Source: Eledone cirrhosa
Lineage: Eukaryota
Length of the DNA stretch: 64,000 bases
Assembly (NCBI GenBank): GCA_964016885.1
Contig: OZ024740.1
Location: 280,550,001-280,614,000, forward strand
Direction of reading: 5' to 3'
The notes below the pieces were generated by a model. That model was not told where the DNA came from, did not search any database, and saw only the letters and a program-made list of their open reading frames with translations. Each line of letters begins with the position of its first letter. The first letter of the stretch is position 1. Both the position numbers and the translations under genes were made by a program. This document shows, piece after piece, positions 12,751 through 30,327 of the stretch.

Positions 12751-14230
12751 GCGTGTGTGTGCGTGTGTGTGTGTATTTATATATATATATATGGTTTTGT
12801 AACTCATAGTAAATGCCATTCTAAGTAGATTTAAGAGCAGTACTTGAATCGAAAATTGTTTCTTCCGCAATAACATATTCTGATTACATTAAAGAGAACG
12901 AACTAAATAAAAGTTCATGCTTTAGAAACAAGGCCAACAATTTTTGGGAGAGGAAAGTCGATTACATTGACTCCATTGCGTTACTGGTACTTTATTTTAT
13001 CGATCCTGTAAGAATGAAAGGCAAAGTTAACCTCGGCGGGATTTTGAAATTAAAACGTAATGGGCCGTGATGCCACAGAGCATGTTGTCCAATGCTCTAT
13101 CAATACTGCCAGTCCACCACTCTTGAATCTTTAAATAAGGGTTTCTAATTTAGGCACAACATCATTAATGTAAATCGAACCAAGTACTTGCCTGGTACTT
13201 TATCTTATTGATCCCGGAAAGATGAAAGATAATGTTGATTTCGGTGCAATTCGAATTCAGAGCGAAACTAAATACTGCAAAGCTTTTCTTTCGACGCTCT
13301 AACGGTTTTGTCAATCCACATGGTCAGTTTGAAGGAAGTAACATTGGTATTTATTGAATGCTATAACAGGAAGTCACATTTTGAAGAATACAATGACTGA
13401 TTCAATTGACTCCTTCAAAGAAAGTGTAGACATCTCAAAATAATAGACAATGGTCGTGCCATTCTATATTCCTATATTAAAATTTACTCAAAATAAAGTA
13501 TTTATAATTATCCAATGTTAAAATAGCTAGAAACAATAATTAGGGTAATGGAAACATCATATTACAATTTAAAACTATGACATTTCAAAATATTTTCTAA
13601 ATATATATAATAGTTTTCGCAGTTGTTGACGTTATCTTGAAGTTTTGATGTATTGATGCCATATATAGAAAGAATATACCTATATAAATTAGTAACCCGA
13701 GTAGAAAGAAAGGCTTCTCAAGAAAACAGGAAAAAGGATTCGAATAATCTCATTAAGTCCTCAGCACATTAGTCAGTAATGGTCACCCCACAATCATTAT
13801 TGTGATATTACGGAGCTCCCCATTCGAATATTGTAGATTTGTACGATTAGATAAATTGATATACTGCGCAAATATTAAAGTTTCGGCAACACCCTTTGTT
13901 GAAGAAATGAGAAATAGATTGACTGTATAGATATCACCCATTCACCAAGGCATTTACACACTATACTGGTGATTGGATACCAAAATATTTAAACACAATA
14001 CCAGTGATTGGATGAAGTTAATGTGGGAAAGGTAATGCAGAAAATGAGATGCAAGAAGAAAAAGCGTTTGAGAAGCGAGAGGAGCGAGGGTAAAAATCAC
14101 TGTTACTCAACTGTTTTCTTGTCCATTTAGTTGAGGCTTAGTAGCTCTTGTGGTTTATTTCTATTCATTTTCACTACTCCATGACTTCTTAAACTCTTTG
14201 ACCATTATTTACAGCTATCCATCATACTTC

Positions 14231-14275
14231 TTCCTTTTCTGATGAAAGGTCACGCGACCGGAAACGTTAAAATTT
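14231..14275 (+). ncRNA. Candidate minimal type-I hammerhead ribozyme
   Basis: CTGATGA-aa-ggtc-acgc-gacc-g-GAAAC-gtta, with the core at 14239-14265. Confidence 0.6.
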
Positions 14276-14559
14276 ACTTCCTTTCATAGCACATAAACTC
14301 GTTTACTTTATCGGTTGATTTTAGCATAAGCAGACTATCAATAGTTCCCTTCGGATCTAGTTTTTTCTTTATTATTTTAAATCTAGTTTGGTGCAGATCA
14401 GATGATGTTTTTAGATATATGATGAAATTTCCAGCTATCCCGCAGTACGACTTTTAATAGAAATAAAAGATGGGATTGCTATGTATTGAATTTTTTTGAT
14501 CATAAGTCTACCCCGACGATGCAAAAAAAAAGATACATCGAAAATGAAGTCGCGCATAC

Positions 14560-15150
14560 AAAACAGATGCAGTGACGCCACGAGTAGAGTCACCCACGTC
14601 AGCTAGTTCTGCTAGAAGTTGGAAAACAACGGCTATCTAATATATTTTACCATCAAAATGCGGGACTCCAAGACCAGAAAACAGAATCTGCTTCTATAAA
14701 ATTCCATACTTCGGCGAAAAAACAACCAGCGCTATCCACAAGGTTATCTGGAGGGAGGGACACAATATCCAACTGGCCCTCTGGACTCTCCTTGCGAAGA
14801 TATTTATCATGGAACATCTCCATAAAGAGAAGAGTATGTGTTCTCTTAGCAACTGCCCCATACACAAGACAATTTATTGCCTTCATGCATAGGTAAGCTA
14901 AAAGCTAGAGTGCAACAAGTGCATTGGTTGTTACATCAGCAGCACAATTCGATCCATGCTCATCTGAATTAAGAAACACGTCACCACTGATTCCTCATCA
15001 TTCCGAAACACTTTCTTAAATGTGGAAACAAAGAGCCACTCCGTCACGATACTAGCAACGGAAAGCAACATTGTCACCCTGAGAATCATGCTGTTTTGAT
15101 AATAAGAAAACAAATTAAAACAGACTGGAAAGAAACAAGGCACAATGGCT
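14560..15150 (+). mobile_element. Decayed Penelope-like GIY-YIG region
   Basis: Translation near 14905-14980 gives LECNKCIGCYISSTIRSMLI*IKKH, resembling the PLE motif C..C...YIG.T.R....R..EH. Confidence 0.5.
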
Positions 15151-15214
15151 AATTTTGCATCAAAATCAAAATAAATATGTAAATGAGTAAATAAATTATT
15201 TTTTCACTCCTTTC

Positions 15215-17035
15215 CATGTCAGGTGGTCAGTGCCAACATGTGCCTTGAAGTCTCCCATCAGGGTATATGCCTTAGTCATAACTACATCTAACGTTACAGT
15301 AACTTCATCAATGAAGGACCAGTATTCGGACTGGTTGGTGCATAAACTGCATTAGCCACAGGGACCTATCTTTCAGCTTATGCTTCAAGAGGCAAATCTG
15401 ACAGCCGGGGGCTTGTAAGTGTCCCCCCACTCCCACCTGGGCAGTCATTTCTGGCGCCGCACCTGAATAGTGGAGTTTCCATCCTCCATCGAAATCTACA
15501 GTATCAGAGCCATGGAACTTTGTTGAGAAAACCCCGAATATATCTAGCCGGTAGCATGTAGCCTAATCCACTAGTTCCTGCTCCTTACCTGTAATGGTTG
15601 TGATGTTCCAGGTTCTAACTGTCAAGGTTTGCTCCTTGCCGGACCCTCTTTGGATACTCGGGATACAAAATATTTGTGTCTCCATCCTATGCCTTCCAGA
15701 ACAATGAGTCCGAATACGGGCCCTTTCTTGATGAAGTAGTTAAGAATGTAGTTAAGAATGTAGTTAAGGGTGGCCTGGATCTCTGGAAAAGCACCTACGA
15801 AATAGCAATCGGGAGTAATAATCCCAATTTTCAAAAAGGGAGACAAGAGAGATTGTTCTAATTACAGAAGGATCTCCTTGTTAAGCCTCTCCGATAAAGT
15901 CTATGTTAAGTGTTTGGTAAAGAAATGCAGGGAGATTGTGGAGTCAAAGGTAGCTGATAAACCGTGTGGTTTTTGCCCCGACGCAGCACAGCCTACAAAT
16001 ATTCACACTGCGGCAGGTATTCTAGAAATCGTGGAAGTATTTTTTGTTGACCTTGAGAAGGCATATGACCGCGTGTTCCTCAGGACCTGCTGTGGAAGGC
16101 TATGCAGGAGTATGGGATCGATGGTCAACTTCTTGCTGCTCTGATATCTCTATACGAATGTTGCTATATTGAAACCATTCAACGTGGGCAGCCGGATTCC
16201 ACCAAGGGTGCGTACTGTCACCTATCCTGTTCATTATTTTCATGAACAGGATTGACATACGCAGCCGGCTTGGAAGTGGCATCATGACTGGCGGTGTAAA
16301 ATCAGTCGGCTGGAATTTTCAGACAACATGGTGTTATGTAACTCGACAGAAGGTGATCTCTAATTTGCACTCGATAGGTTTAATGTCGAGTGCTGTATGG
16401 CTGCGAAAACTGAGACACACGTTCTCTCAAGGCTGCTTGCGCAGTGAACGTTACATGTGAATGGAGTTCCACTGAAGTCCGTACAGGAGTTCAAGTATCT
16501 CGGGGCTGTGTTAACGAGTGATGGAAGGCAGGAGGTTGAATTCCTGCAAGAATTGCCGGGGCTGGTACAGTAATGCGCTAGCTTCAACATTCAGTAATCA
16601 GGAGAAGGGAGCTAGACATAAAAGCTTAACTCGCTATCTTCAATTCGGTATTAATGCAGATCCTTACCTATAGTAATACATTTTGTGTAAAGAATACGAT
16701 CTCGAATACAATCAGCCAAAATGGGGTTCCCCCGATAGAGTGCGTAGCTCGGAGATCAGAGAGTCACTCCAGGTAGAGCCGCTACTTATCCGAATTGAGA
16801 GATCACAAATCTGATATTATGGACATGGGGTTAGAATATCTCAGGAAAGAATCGCTGGACAGATCTTACGGGTAAGACCAGCCGGAAAGAGACCCAGGCG
16901 TGGACCCCCGAGCAAGATTGCTGGATAACATCCATGAGCTTGGCTGGTCTCGCATGGGGATCCAGCAGGTCCTATTAGAAGCAACCATCTCCAACTGAAC
17001 CGGCTGTATCCAAAAGCGAAACCAGCCAAGCTCAT
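15215..17035. mobile_element. Rearranged RTE LINE: APE part on - strand (15215-15690), RT and C-terminus on + strand (15770-17035)
   Basis: FVDLEKAYDRV and QGCVLSPILFIIFM-like RT motifs on +; gtccgaatac...gaagtag (15708-15745) is an inverted echo of about 15280-15332; similar to 38200-38530 and 40330-40600. Confidence 0.75.
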
Positions 17036-17128
17036 GGATATATATATATATATATTAGGGAGTCGGGGCCCGACGAATTGAGCTTTTGCCTTTTCGATTG
17101 CAAATTCCAGACAAGTAAAGCCGTTACA

Positions 17129-18094
<966 letters not shown>

Positions 18095-18434
18095 GTATAT
18101 ATATGTATATATATGTATATATAGTTTCTGAGTGTGTGTGTGTGAGAACTTACACTAATGGAGTATGACAGATTTTTTCATGACAGTAACCGAAGAAAAT
18201 ATTTTCCAAAAAGAGAAATCGATAAATAGTAGACGTTCAGAGTAAGACATATCTTCATGGAAAATATAAATGAGAAAAGACATTTGAAAATATCCATACA
18301 GCACATCGCATATGTTGAACTTACTCTGTTCAGTAGCAGTCGTAGTTAATTGCTGGTAATGATGATGATATATGATAGATGACGATGATTTAAAAAAATC
18401 ATTATATTGGATAAAAACAAATATGTACGTTCTT

Positions 18435-18527
<93 letters not shown>

Positions 18528-18611
18528 AGTTTATCTCGGGTTTAATCGGGGGTAACCAGAGTAAGTAAGGTACTGAATACAAAGCAGAGTATAAATATTT
18601 AATATAGAAAT

Positions 18612-18662
18612 GGCTTCTACAGGACTAGAACTATTTCATTCAGGAGAAATCATCAGGAAGTC
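18612..18662 (-). ncRNA. Candidate type-I hammerhead ribozyme in a microsatellite-flanked module
   Basis: Minus strand reads cttc-CTGATGA-tttctcctgaat-GAAA-tagttcta-gtc-ctgta-gaag. Confidence 0.55.
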
Positions 18663-18903
18663 GACTGTCCACGTATTATAGTGGTATTTATATATTTTCT
18701 GGTGGAAGGAGAGGGTGGTGATTGGGATGGGTGAAGGTCATTAGTTTAAAGAAAAGGGAATTTTTTAAAAACTATATTTAGAGTAACAAACGCAGAAAGA
18801 AATCTATAGACAAGTTCACACTGGAGGTGCCACTCCTGATTTTTAAGGTTCACTTAAGCTAACAATGGGTAATGGACAGGTGCCTACAACACACACTCAT
18901 ATA

Positions 18904-18977
<74 letters not shown>

Positions 18978-19067
18978 TATATATATACACATATACATAT
19001 ATATATAATATGTACATGTATATATATATATATATATATATACTCATATACATATATATATAATATG

Positions 19068-19155
<88 letters not shown>

Positions 19156-19221
19156 TATATATATAATATGTACATGTATATATATATATATATATACACA
19201 TATACATATATATATAATATG

Positions 19222-19287
<66 letters not shown>

Positions 19288-19469
19288 ATATATATACACA
19301 TATATATATATACACATATACATATATTTATAATATGTATATGTATATATATATATATATAACAAAGGAAGTGTGGAAAGGAACCGGGTGGACCATAACA
19401 CCCCAGAGTACTCAATACTTAGGGTAGTAGAGTGGGTAGTAGGGTTCGGGGTCTTGAACATTTTCCTAC

Positions 19470-19525
<56 letters not shown>

Positions 19526-19567
19526 TATATACATATATTTATATATATATACATATATACATATATT

Positions 19568-19599
<32 letters not shown>

Positions 19600-19791
19600 C
19601 TTACATATACATATATATACATATATACACACATATATACACACATAGAATATACATATATTTACATACAAACACACGTACATACACACATAAATATATT
19701 TTTTACATACAGACACATATACACACACACACACATATATATATACACATATATATATATGTATATATATATATAGTTTTTTTATCATATA

Positions 19792-20195
19792 CTAGCAATG
19801 GTACCCGGTGTTGCACGGATAAGTTATTTTGGAACGACGTAACGCCTCCAAAGAGCCCTAAAAAGGCGAGGAAATGAAGGTTTTCACTTAATGCGATCCC
19901 TAGGTCATACAAAAGTTGGATTTTCTTTGCTCACGGTATGAAGAAGAGACTGACTAATACATAGTTACAATTTCAAGGAAATCGGTCTGCCGTAACGCCT
20001 CAAAAAACCCTAAAAAGCTTTTAAAAACGCAGTTTTTCACCTAATGAGGGTCCTAGGAGATAAAAAAAGTTGAATTTTTTATATGCATAACACGGAAACA
20101 TAAGTATTTCATGTGTAAAGTTTGAAAACATTCGGTTGGTTGCTTCTCGAGTTTTAAGGATTCAAACCCACACACCCACATTTATATATATATAT
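19792..20195 (-). mobile_element. Non-autonomous Helitron-type element
   Basis: On the minus strand it starts tatatataaatgtggg... and ends ccgtgcaacaccgggtaccattgCTAGt (GC-rich hairpin followed by CTAG). Confidence 0.7.
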
Positions 20196-20199
20196 ATAG

Positions 20200-20400
20200 A
20201 AAAAGAGATGAAATCGAAAATGCAACTGGAGTCTTATTTAAAAAAATATATATATATATTTATTTGGTTCCTTTACCGGTTTCGCAGTTCTTCTGCTTTT
20301 CAAAAGGTGAGTTGAGATGGAGAGTATGTGGTTTTTCTCACATCTGGTTGGTCTCTGAATGTTATATGGAAAAAGTGGCTCGAAATGCCAGGTTTTTCGA
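20200..20400 (-). repeat. Inverted pLTR of the Penelope-like element, with a hammerhead-like core at 20270-20307
   Basis: Reverse complement of 23500-23610; cctt-TTGAAAA-gcag-aagaa-ctgc-GAAA-ccgg-ta-aagg. Confidence 0.7.
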
Positions 20401-20429
20401 GAAGTAATTTGATTGGTTTGTCAATAATG

Positions 20430-21935
20430 TGAAACACACAGACTGAGCAACTTTATAGACATACTACTGAAACCAATACTGAAACACATACCAAGCCTTG
20501 TAAGAGACGATCTGGACCTCTTAAACCACCTCCCCAAACATGTCAACAACGACACTATTATTGTGTCTTTCGATGTAGTGAATCTCTACACAATGATCCC
20601 ACACCAATACGGATTAGAAGCAATAGGATTCTGGCTAGAGAAATATCCCAATGAGATACCTGACAGAATAGAAAAAAGCTTCATCACCGAGGGTTTAAAA
20701 TTCATCTTACAGAACAACTTTTTTGATTTCGATGGCAATACTTACAAGCAAATATCGGGGACTGCGATGGGTACAAAAGCCGCTCCAACTTATGCCAACT
20801 TAGTCATGGCATACTTAGAAGTCCAGATATATGAACAGTCCAAATCAAAATACGGATTGAACTTCCACAAATATTTATCAGAGAATTGGAAACGCTACTT
20901 GGATGATTGCCTCATTCTTTGGTCCCACACACTCGACCAACTGAAGGATTTCAAAAACTTAATAAACGGCATCAATAACCACATCCAATTCTCAATGGAA
21001 TACAGCCAAGATCAACTCCCATTTCTGGACATCTTAATCTTAAAAAAAGACACAAATATCGAAACTGACATACACTACAAACCAACAGATTCCAAACAAT
21101 ATCTGCTATTCACCTCCAACCATCCAAAGCACACGAAGACGAACATTCCTTTTAACTTAGCAAGAAGAATTTGCACAATTGTCTCCAATTATGAAACGCG
21201 AAATAAAAGACTTCAAGAATTAAAGGAAATTCTACTCGAGAGAGAGTACCCACTATTACTAATAAATAATGGAATAGAAAGGGCTAAAGCAATAGGCATT
21301 GATGAATTACGGAAACAGAAACAAATTCAAGGTACGTCCAATATTCACACAACCCAAGAAATGCGGAAGCTTACAACACTATTCACAAGAACATCCCACT
21401 ACTAAAACAAAACCCAAGAATGAAAAAAGCCCTTGAAACACACAAAATAATCAAAAGCAAAAGACAACCAAAATCACTGAAAACATTACTCACCAATGCC
21501 AAATTACCTACCACAAACCCACAACCAAGTATCAAAAAATGTGGTCTCTCTAATTGTGGAACCTGCACTCACCTCATTGAAGGCAACACGTATACATTTA
21601 AATCAGGACAAAATTTTACTGTAAAAAATCACTTCACTTGCTCATCAAAAAATCTAGTTTATGCCATTAAATGTAAAGGATGCAATGAAGATTATATAGG
21701 ACAAACTAAACTCACACTCAGAAACAGAATGACAGTTCATCGCCAACAATCACGAGATCCAACCACGAGACAGATACCACTAAGTGCATATCTAGACATT
21801 TGCGCAAGTAATAAGACACCCAAATTCCAAGTCTTCCCATTTTACCTTTGCGCTAACAATACAACAGAACAAATACGAATAAATAAGGAAAATATGTTTA
21901 TTCAAAAATATAGACCAACATTAAATATGGTTTAA
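20430..21935 (+). mobile_element. Penelope-like retroelement: RT (20563-21405) and GIY-YIG endonuclease (21420-21935), 5'-truncated, one frame break
   Basis: SFDVVNLYT, QISGTAMGTKAAPTYANL, WKRYLDD and LPFLDI; NLVYAIKCKGCNEDYIGQTKLTLRNRMTVH. Confidence 0.92.
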
Positions 21936-22094
21936 TATACATTATGTCAACACCATAATATGACATACACACATAATACCTTCTACTTTAGAAAATAAAA
22001 ACCCGAACTAAATAAACCTTAACATACGTTTGCACTGACAATACAACAGAACAAATACGAATAAGTAAGGAAAATATGTTCATTCAAAAATATT

Positions 22095-22412
22095 CCTACT
22101 AAAGGAATCACTTTCCTACACACACACACACACACACACACAATATATATATATATATATATATATTCTCTTCATCTTAACATGCTAACCATACTCCCAC
22201 ACACATAACACCCATACACACACATAACAACCCCCACACCACAACTCCCCTCCCCCATTTCTACTAATAGAACCACTTTCCTACACACATATATACACAC
22301 ACACAAAATATATATTCTCTCCATCTTAACATACTCGCACACACACACATAACACCCATATACACACACACACAACTCCCTCCCCCATTTCTACTAATAG
22401 AATCATCTTCCA

Positions 22413-22430
<18 letters not shown>
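22095..22430 (+). repeat. Degenerate tandem repeats in the PLE 3' region
   Basis: ctactaa..gaa-cactttcctacacac...tatattctct..catcttaacat recurs 2-3 times. Confidence 0.6.
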
Positions 22431-22482
<52 letters not shown>

Positions 22483-22619
22483 GCACACAAATAAACATAC
22501 ATATCTTTACTTCAATAGAAAATCTGAACTCTGACACCCCCAGCGAACTAACCATATTCACTGAACCAGAACAATTCTCCCAATCCCATTTCTCTTGAAC
22601 ACTATCTTTCCATTGTTTG

Positions 22620-23075
22620 ACAGCCAAGTCTTGAAGAAGGTGCTTTCTCCTCCGTGTGGTGGGTTACCCGGCGCCAGATACCAACCTGGCATTTATACCC
22701 TCGCCCTAATTGTTCGTGTTGCAAGCACTAGAGTAGTCGCTAACCAAAGCTACGGACCCACTCTATCCGTCTGGAGATACATTGTACTAGCTTACCAGCA
22801 TACTAGTAGCAGGAAGTTGACTTTTCCGGCACTGCAGCGCCTTTCGGCGGGCCGTGCTGGTTTTGGATGGCCATTGACTCCAAGAGCTCTTAAGAGCTCC
22901 CAGGAGTTCCTTTGCCCTTTGACAGGTTTTGGTTTTAGTCCTGCAGGATGTCCAAAGTCACCCTCCTCACCAAGAAATCTTGGTAGGGTTGCCAGTTTAG
23001 TCGCCAACGGCCCGACCATGTGACAGGTCGTACTGGGATACATGTTACCATTAGCACCAACTGGTGACCTGACAT
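22620..23075 (-). mobile_element. GC-rich 5' UTR fragment of an RTE-type LINE that begins with a candidate HDV-like ribozyme
   Basis: ggcgactaa motif and nested pairings at 22992-23075 (see findings); the RTE assignment comes from recalled 5' UTR similarity only. Confidence 0.5.
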
Positions 23076-23154
23076 ATATATATATATAGTGGTGGAACAC
23101 TGGAAGGTAATATCCGTAGTGGTAGAGCTCTCAGTCCAAGGGACGAGTTAGGTA

Positions 23155-23466
<312 letters not shown>

Positions 23467-23674
23467 ACATATATATATATAAACCACTGATATATATATA
23501 TAAACCACAAACCCTCCATCTCAATTCTACTTTTGAAAAGCAGAACTACGAAACCGGTAAATGTATATTTAAAATAAAAGACTCCAGTTGCATTTTCGAT
23601 TTCATCTTTTTTCCTTATACTTTCACTCGTGTAGGACACCTCATTTTTTTTCATTTTGTAAAAAAAACCTAACT

Positions 23675-23754
<80 letters not shown>

Positions 23755-23759
<5 letters not shown>

Positions 23760-24308
23760 TATGTATACGTACATACATATATGTATACAGACGTACGGTA
23801 GTATGTATATATATACATACATGCACACATATATATGTACGTATGGATTTACCAAACATTTATTATAATGCTCGGTTTGTTTGTAAACAAACATCCCGAA
23901 TTAAGCCGTACAGTGTTTAGCAACCATCGTTGCCATTTATCGTTTTCGGTGCGCCCGGCCGATTAACTCACTCGAAATGCAAATTAGGCTGCTCAGCCGT
24001 AAATATGCATAAGGAAAGTATATACTTTCAGACGTTCAATCATCTGGCAGGAAGGTATACGGTGCTGACGATAGCTAATAAGCTTGAAACTAGTACATCG
24101 TTCCTTTGTCAGTGTTGAACAAAAGGGCAACGATGGTTGCAAAACACTGTACGGCTTAATTCGGGATGTTTGCTTACAAACAAACCGAGCATTATAATAA
24201 ATGTTCGGTAAATCCATACGTACATATATATATGTGTGCATGTATGTATATATATACATACTACTGTACGTCTGTATACATATATGTATGTACGTATACA
24301 TACTTATA
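23755..24308. repeat. (TA)n-flanked fold-back (arms about 23755-23938 and 24121-24308) with a hammerhead in the spacer at 24060-24100 (+)
   Basis: cggtg-CTGACGA-t-agct-aata-agct-t-GAAA-ctag-TA-catcg. Confidence 0.8.
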
Positions 24309-24367
24309 TTTATATTTAAGTAACAGCCGTACTAACAGTGAGAAATGAAATTTCGTTTCATTTTTTC

Positions 24368-24418
<51 letters not shown>

Positions 24419-24559
24419 ATATAGAAATTAATGTGAGCAAGAAGCCAACAGTATTTCATAATATATAAGTGACCATACCGTCAAAATGGATAATTATCTC
24501 CACACTATTTTGTTGAGCAAAAATTTGCAGAAACTGCTACTATAGTTCATAGTAATAGC

Positions 24560-24893
24560 TTGGCTACAGTCTTTTAAACACCCCACTCCTCACTGATTAA
24601 CCTCGATGTCACGAGATTGATTCTTTTGAATTTGCCACCGACCAAGTAGGCAGTGATTTTTTCAATGTCTTGGAATTTAGTCCACGCTTGCTTTTTTCCA
24701 TCCACTGAATTATTTTTGTATAAGTTCCCTGTGTCCACGCATCGCCTGGGATCTTAGTTGAGAACGAATTCCTGATGACGAAATGGCTTCTCCATGCTTT
24801 CCATTTAGAAACCATGTTTATTCTCTTTCAGAAACTAATTAGTTGGAGTGAAATTTTAGTAAGTTAATTTTTATAATTTTCTTAATTTACGTC

Positions 24894-24954
<61 letters not shown>

Positions 24955-25735
24955 GTATATTTACCAACATATGCGTACAGATGTACACTAATGCTAGCAA
25001 ATACATAAGTTATGTCATAGTACCTAGGTGGCTCAATGCAGGAGGATGCAGAACAATTATATGAAAGACGTAAAATAAGAAAATTTTAAAAATTAAAAAT
25101 TAACTTACTTACTAAAATTTTCACTCCAACTAATTAGTTTCTGTAATGGGATAAAGATAGTTACGCAATGTAACCATCGAGAATTCATTACGTCATCAGG
25201 GAGTCTATTCTCAGCTAAGTCTCCAGGCAATGCGCGGACACTAGGGACTCATATAAAAATAATAATTCGGTGGATGGAACAGCTAGTGGGGACTAAATTC
25301 CATAGCACTGAAAAAGTTCACTGTCTCTGGTCAAATGGCAGATTCTAAAGAATCAATCTCGTGAAACTGAGGCTAGTCGGAAGGAGTGGGATGGTATAAT
25401 GACAAAGGCCTACTACCACTACAATGAATTAGTAGTGGATTTGGCAAGTTATCTCAACAAATAAATAGTTTGGAGATAAATATAGAGAATTAGTATATTT
25501 ACCAACATATGCGTACAGATGTACACTAATGCTAGCAAATACATAAGTTATGTCATAGTACCTAGGTGGTTCAATGCAGGAGGATGCAGAACAATTATAT
25601 GAAAGACGTAAAATAAGAAAATTTAAAAAATTAAAAATTAACTTACTTACTAAAATTTTCACTCCAACTAATTATTTTCTGTAATGGGATAAAGATAGTT
25701 ACGCAATGTAACCATCGAGAATTCATTACGTCATC
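24560..25735. repeat. (TA)n-associated module: diverged inverted copy (24560-24900 vs 25050-25400) plus ~245 bp direct repeat (24951-25195 and 25489-25734)
   Basis: Repeats visible directly; CTGATGA-c-GAAA core without stem II at 24772-24783. Confidence 0.75.
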
Positions 25736-25736
25736 T

Positions 25737-25835
<99 letters not shown>

Positions 25836-26586
25836 CAGGAAAGAAGATTGACATGGTTTGCTATACAAAAAAGGTTTTTAATCTCATTGCTAACAATTGT
25901 TTCTCTGAACTGGTAGGTGTAGAGATCGCTATTCGCTTGTTTTCACGTTATTCGATCGCCAATACAAAATTATAACCAGTCTGTTCTTCGGAGCATGCGA
26001 GAATGAAAGGAATATACAGGCTACTATATGAAGTAGTAAAGCCATTCAGTTAGAACATTAACAACAATTACAACAATTACAACAATGCTAGTAATAAATT
26101 ATTTGAGGAGACCCTGATATTACATTAGGTGGGGGGGGGGGGTATAGTGTATCTAAGATTTCGGCGTGTAAAACTAGCTGACATGAAACAGAAGTATAAG
26201 GTTGACGTGTAAGGAGTGTCGTAGGGTGTATTATTTTAAAGATAAGCCGGTGTTTATCAACAATGTAGGACAGGTGGCCGTAATGTTCCGTATTTATCTG
26301 ACCGACGAAGTATTTATCATTGAGTAGAGTTTGTTTGGTCTACATTAGATGAGAATACAGTCTTTCTTTTCACCTTCAATAACATACATGTATGGGACAA
26401 CACTGTCAAAGCTAAATAATGGGCAAGTTAATACAGAGGTTAAGGAGGCAATATATACATATATATATACACATATACACACACACATATATATATATAT
26501 ATATACACACGCACGTGTACATAGACACATACATACACATCAATATACACTCGTACATATAACTATTTTTTGTTACCCCGTATATA

Positions 26587-28803
<2,217 letters not shown>

Positions 28804-29128
28804 AGATATATATATATATATATATGTGTAGATATATATAGATATATATGTATATATATATATATATGTGTGAAGGCGCATGGCTTAGTGGTTAAACCAT
28901 TGGGCCTACAATCGAGAGGTTGTGAGTTCAATTCTCGGACCAGGTGATGTGTTGTTTCTTTGAGCAAGACACTTTATTTCACGTTGCTCCAGTTTGCTCA
29001 CCTGTCGAAATGAGTACCGGCCCGCCAAGCCAGTGGGATGGCGTTATCTTACGGCTAAAACAGCACGGCGTGCTGTGACCAGGGGCGCCGATTGGCGCCC
29101 GGCAGACTGGTCGGTCAAGGTGATCAAG

Positions 29129-29162
<34 letters not shown>

Positions 29163-29164
<2 letters not shown>

Positions 29165-30006
29165 AGGAAAAGAAATCGAAAATGCAACTGGAGTATTTTT
29201 AAGAATATCTATTTGTTTCCTTTACCGGTTTCACAGTCCTTATGCTCTTCAAAAGTAGAATTGAGATGGAGGGTTTGTGGTTTTTCTCGCATGTGGTTGA
29301 TGTTCGATGGTTATTTCTGTTTTATGTGGAAATAGCGGCTCGAATTCTCCTTTCCACCCTGCCAACACCATTAGTGCCGCCACCACTATCGACACAATCA
29401 TTCAATTTATTTAAGTCTGAATTTTGACACTTCAGCACATCAGCCATACTCACTGTGCCAGAACGATTTCTCCCGCTCCTATTTCTTGATCATTATCTTT
29501 TCTTTGGTACAAAACTCTCTATGACAACTACCTATATTATATGGCCAATCATGAGTGTGAAAATGGTAATAAAGAACCCTCGAACATGAACTGGCTCTAA
29601 AGTTGATGTACTCACGTGACAGTCATCAACTAACCAAATTACACTTATAAAACAACAACAATTTGAGCCACACTTTTGAAGGCAAATACAATAAGAACTT
29701 TGTAATGCGAACCGGCGCGAAAATTATTGTACTTATTCACGTGACAGTCATCAACAAACCAAATTATTTAAAAAATCCACACAATAGGAGTCACTCTTCC
29801 CACATAAAACAGAAATAACTTTCAAACACCAACCAGATGCGAGAAAAACCACAAATCCTCCATCTCAATGTGTGAAACCGGTAAAGGAAATAAATAAATA
29901 TTCTTAAAAAGACTCCCATTGCATTTTCGATTTCGTTTCCTTATACCCTTTTCACTCATGTAGGACATCTCATTTTTTTTATTTAAAAAACCCCTCTCAT
30001 TTTCTT
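29163..30006. mobile_element. Non-coding derivative of the PLE at 20.2-23.7 kb with inverted pLTR ends, flanked by (TA)n
   Basis: 29163-29290 is the reverse complement of 29840-29945; both match 20200-20345 and 23500-23680. Confidence 0.75.
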
Positions 30007-30327
30007 ATATATATATATATATATATAAGGAATTGGTAGTTTACTTGAAGCATTGTATAGTGAGGTATAAACGTTTGAAGTTAGAAGGTCAGAACAATGC
30101 AGGTTTGGAGATAGAATATAAATGTAAATGATAGTGCTGACAATTAGTCTTTTACCTTAATTTATTCATATATCCTGATATTTCGAGATAATATCTCTTC
30201 GTCTGAGGAAAGTAAAGGGGTTAATCAAGTGTTCGAAGTGGGTTGCTAAGGCATGCAACCCACTTCGAACACTGGATTCTAACTTCAAACGTTTATCTAT
30301 CTATATATATATATATATATATAGATT

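Noticed and set aside
18859-19790. Many [12 protein letters not shown] ORFs here and throughout the window
   Set aside because: They are translations of (TA)n, (CA)n and (CATA)n microsatellites.
28870-28945. tRNA gene
   Set aside because: It is the tRNA-like head of SINE family 2 and continues into the SINE core.
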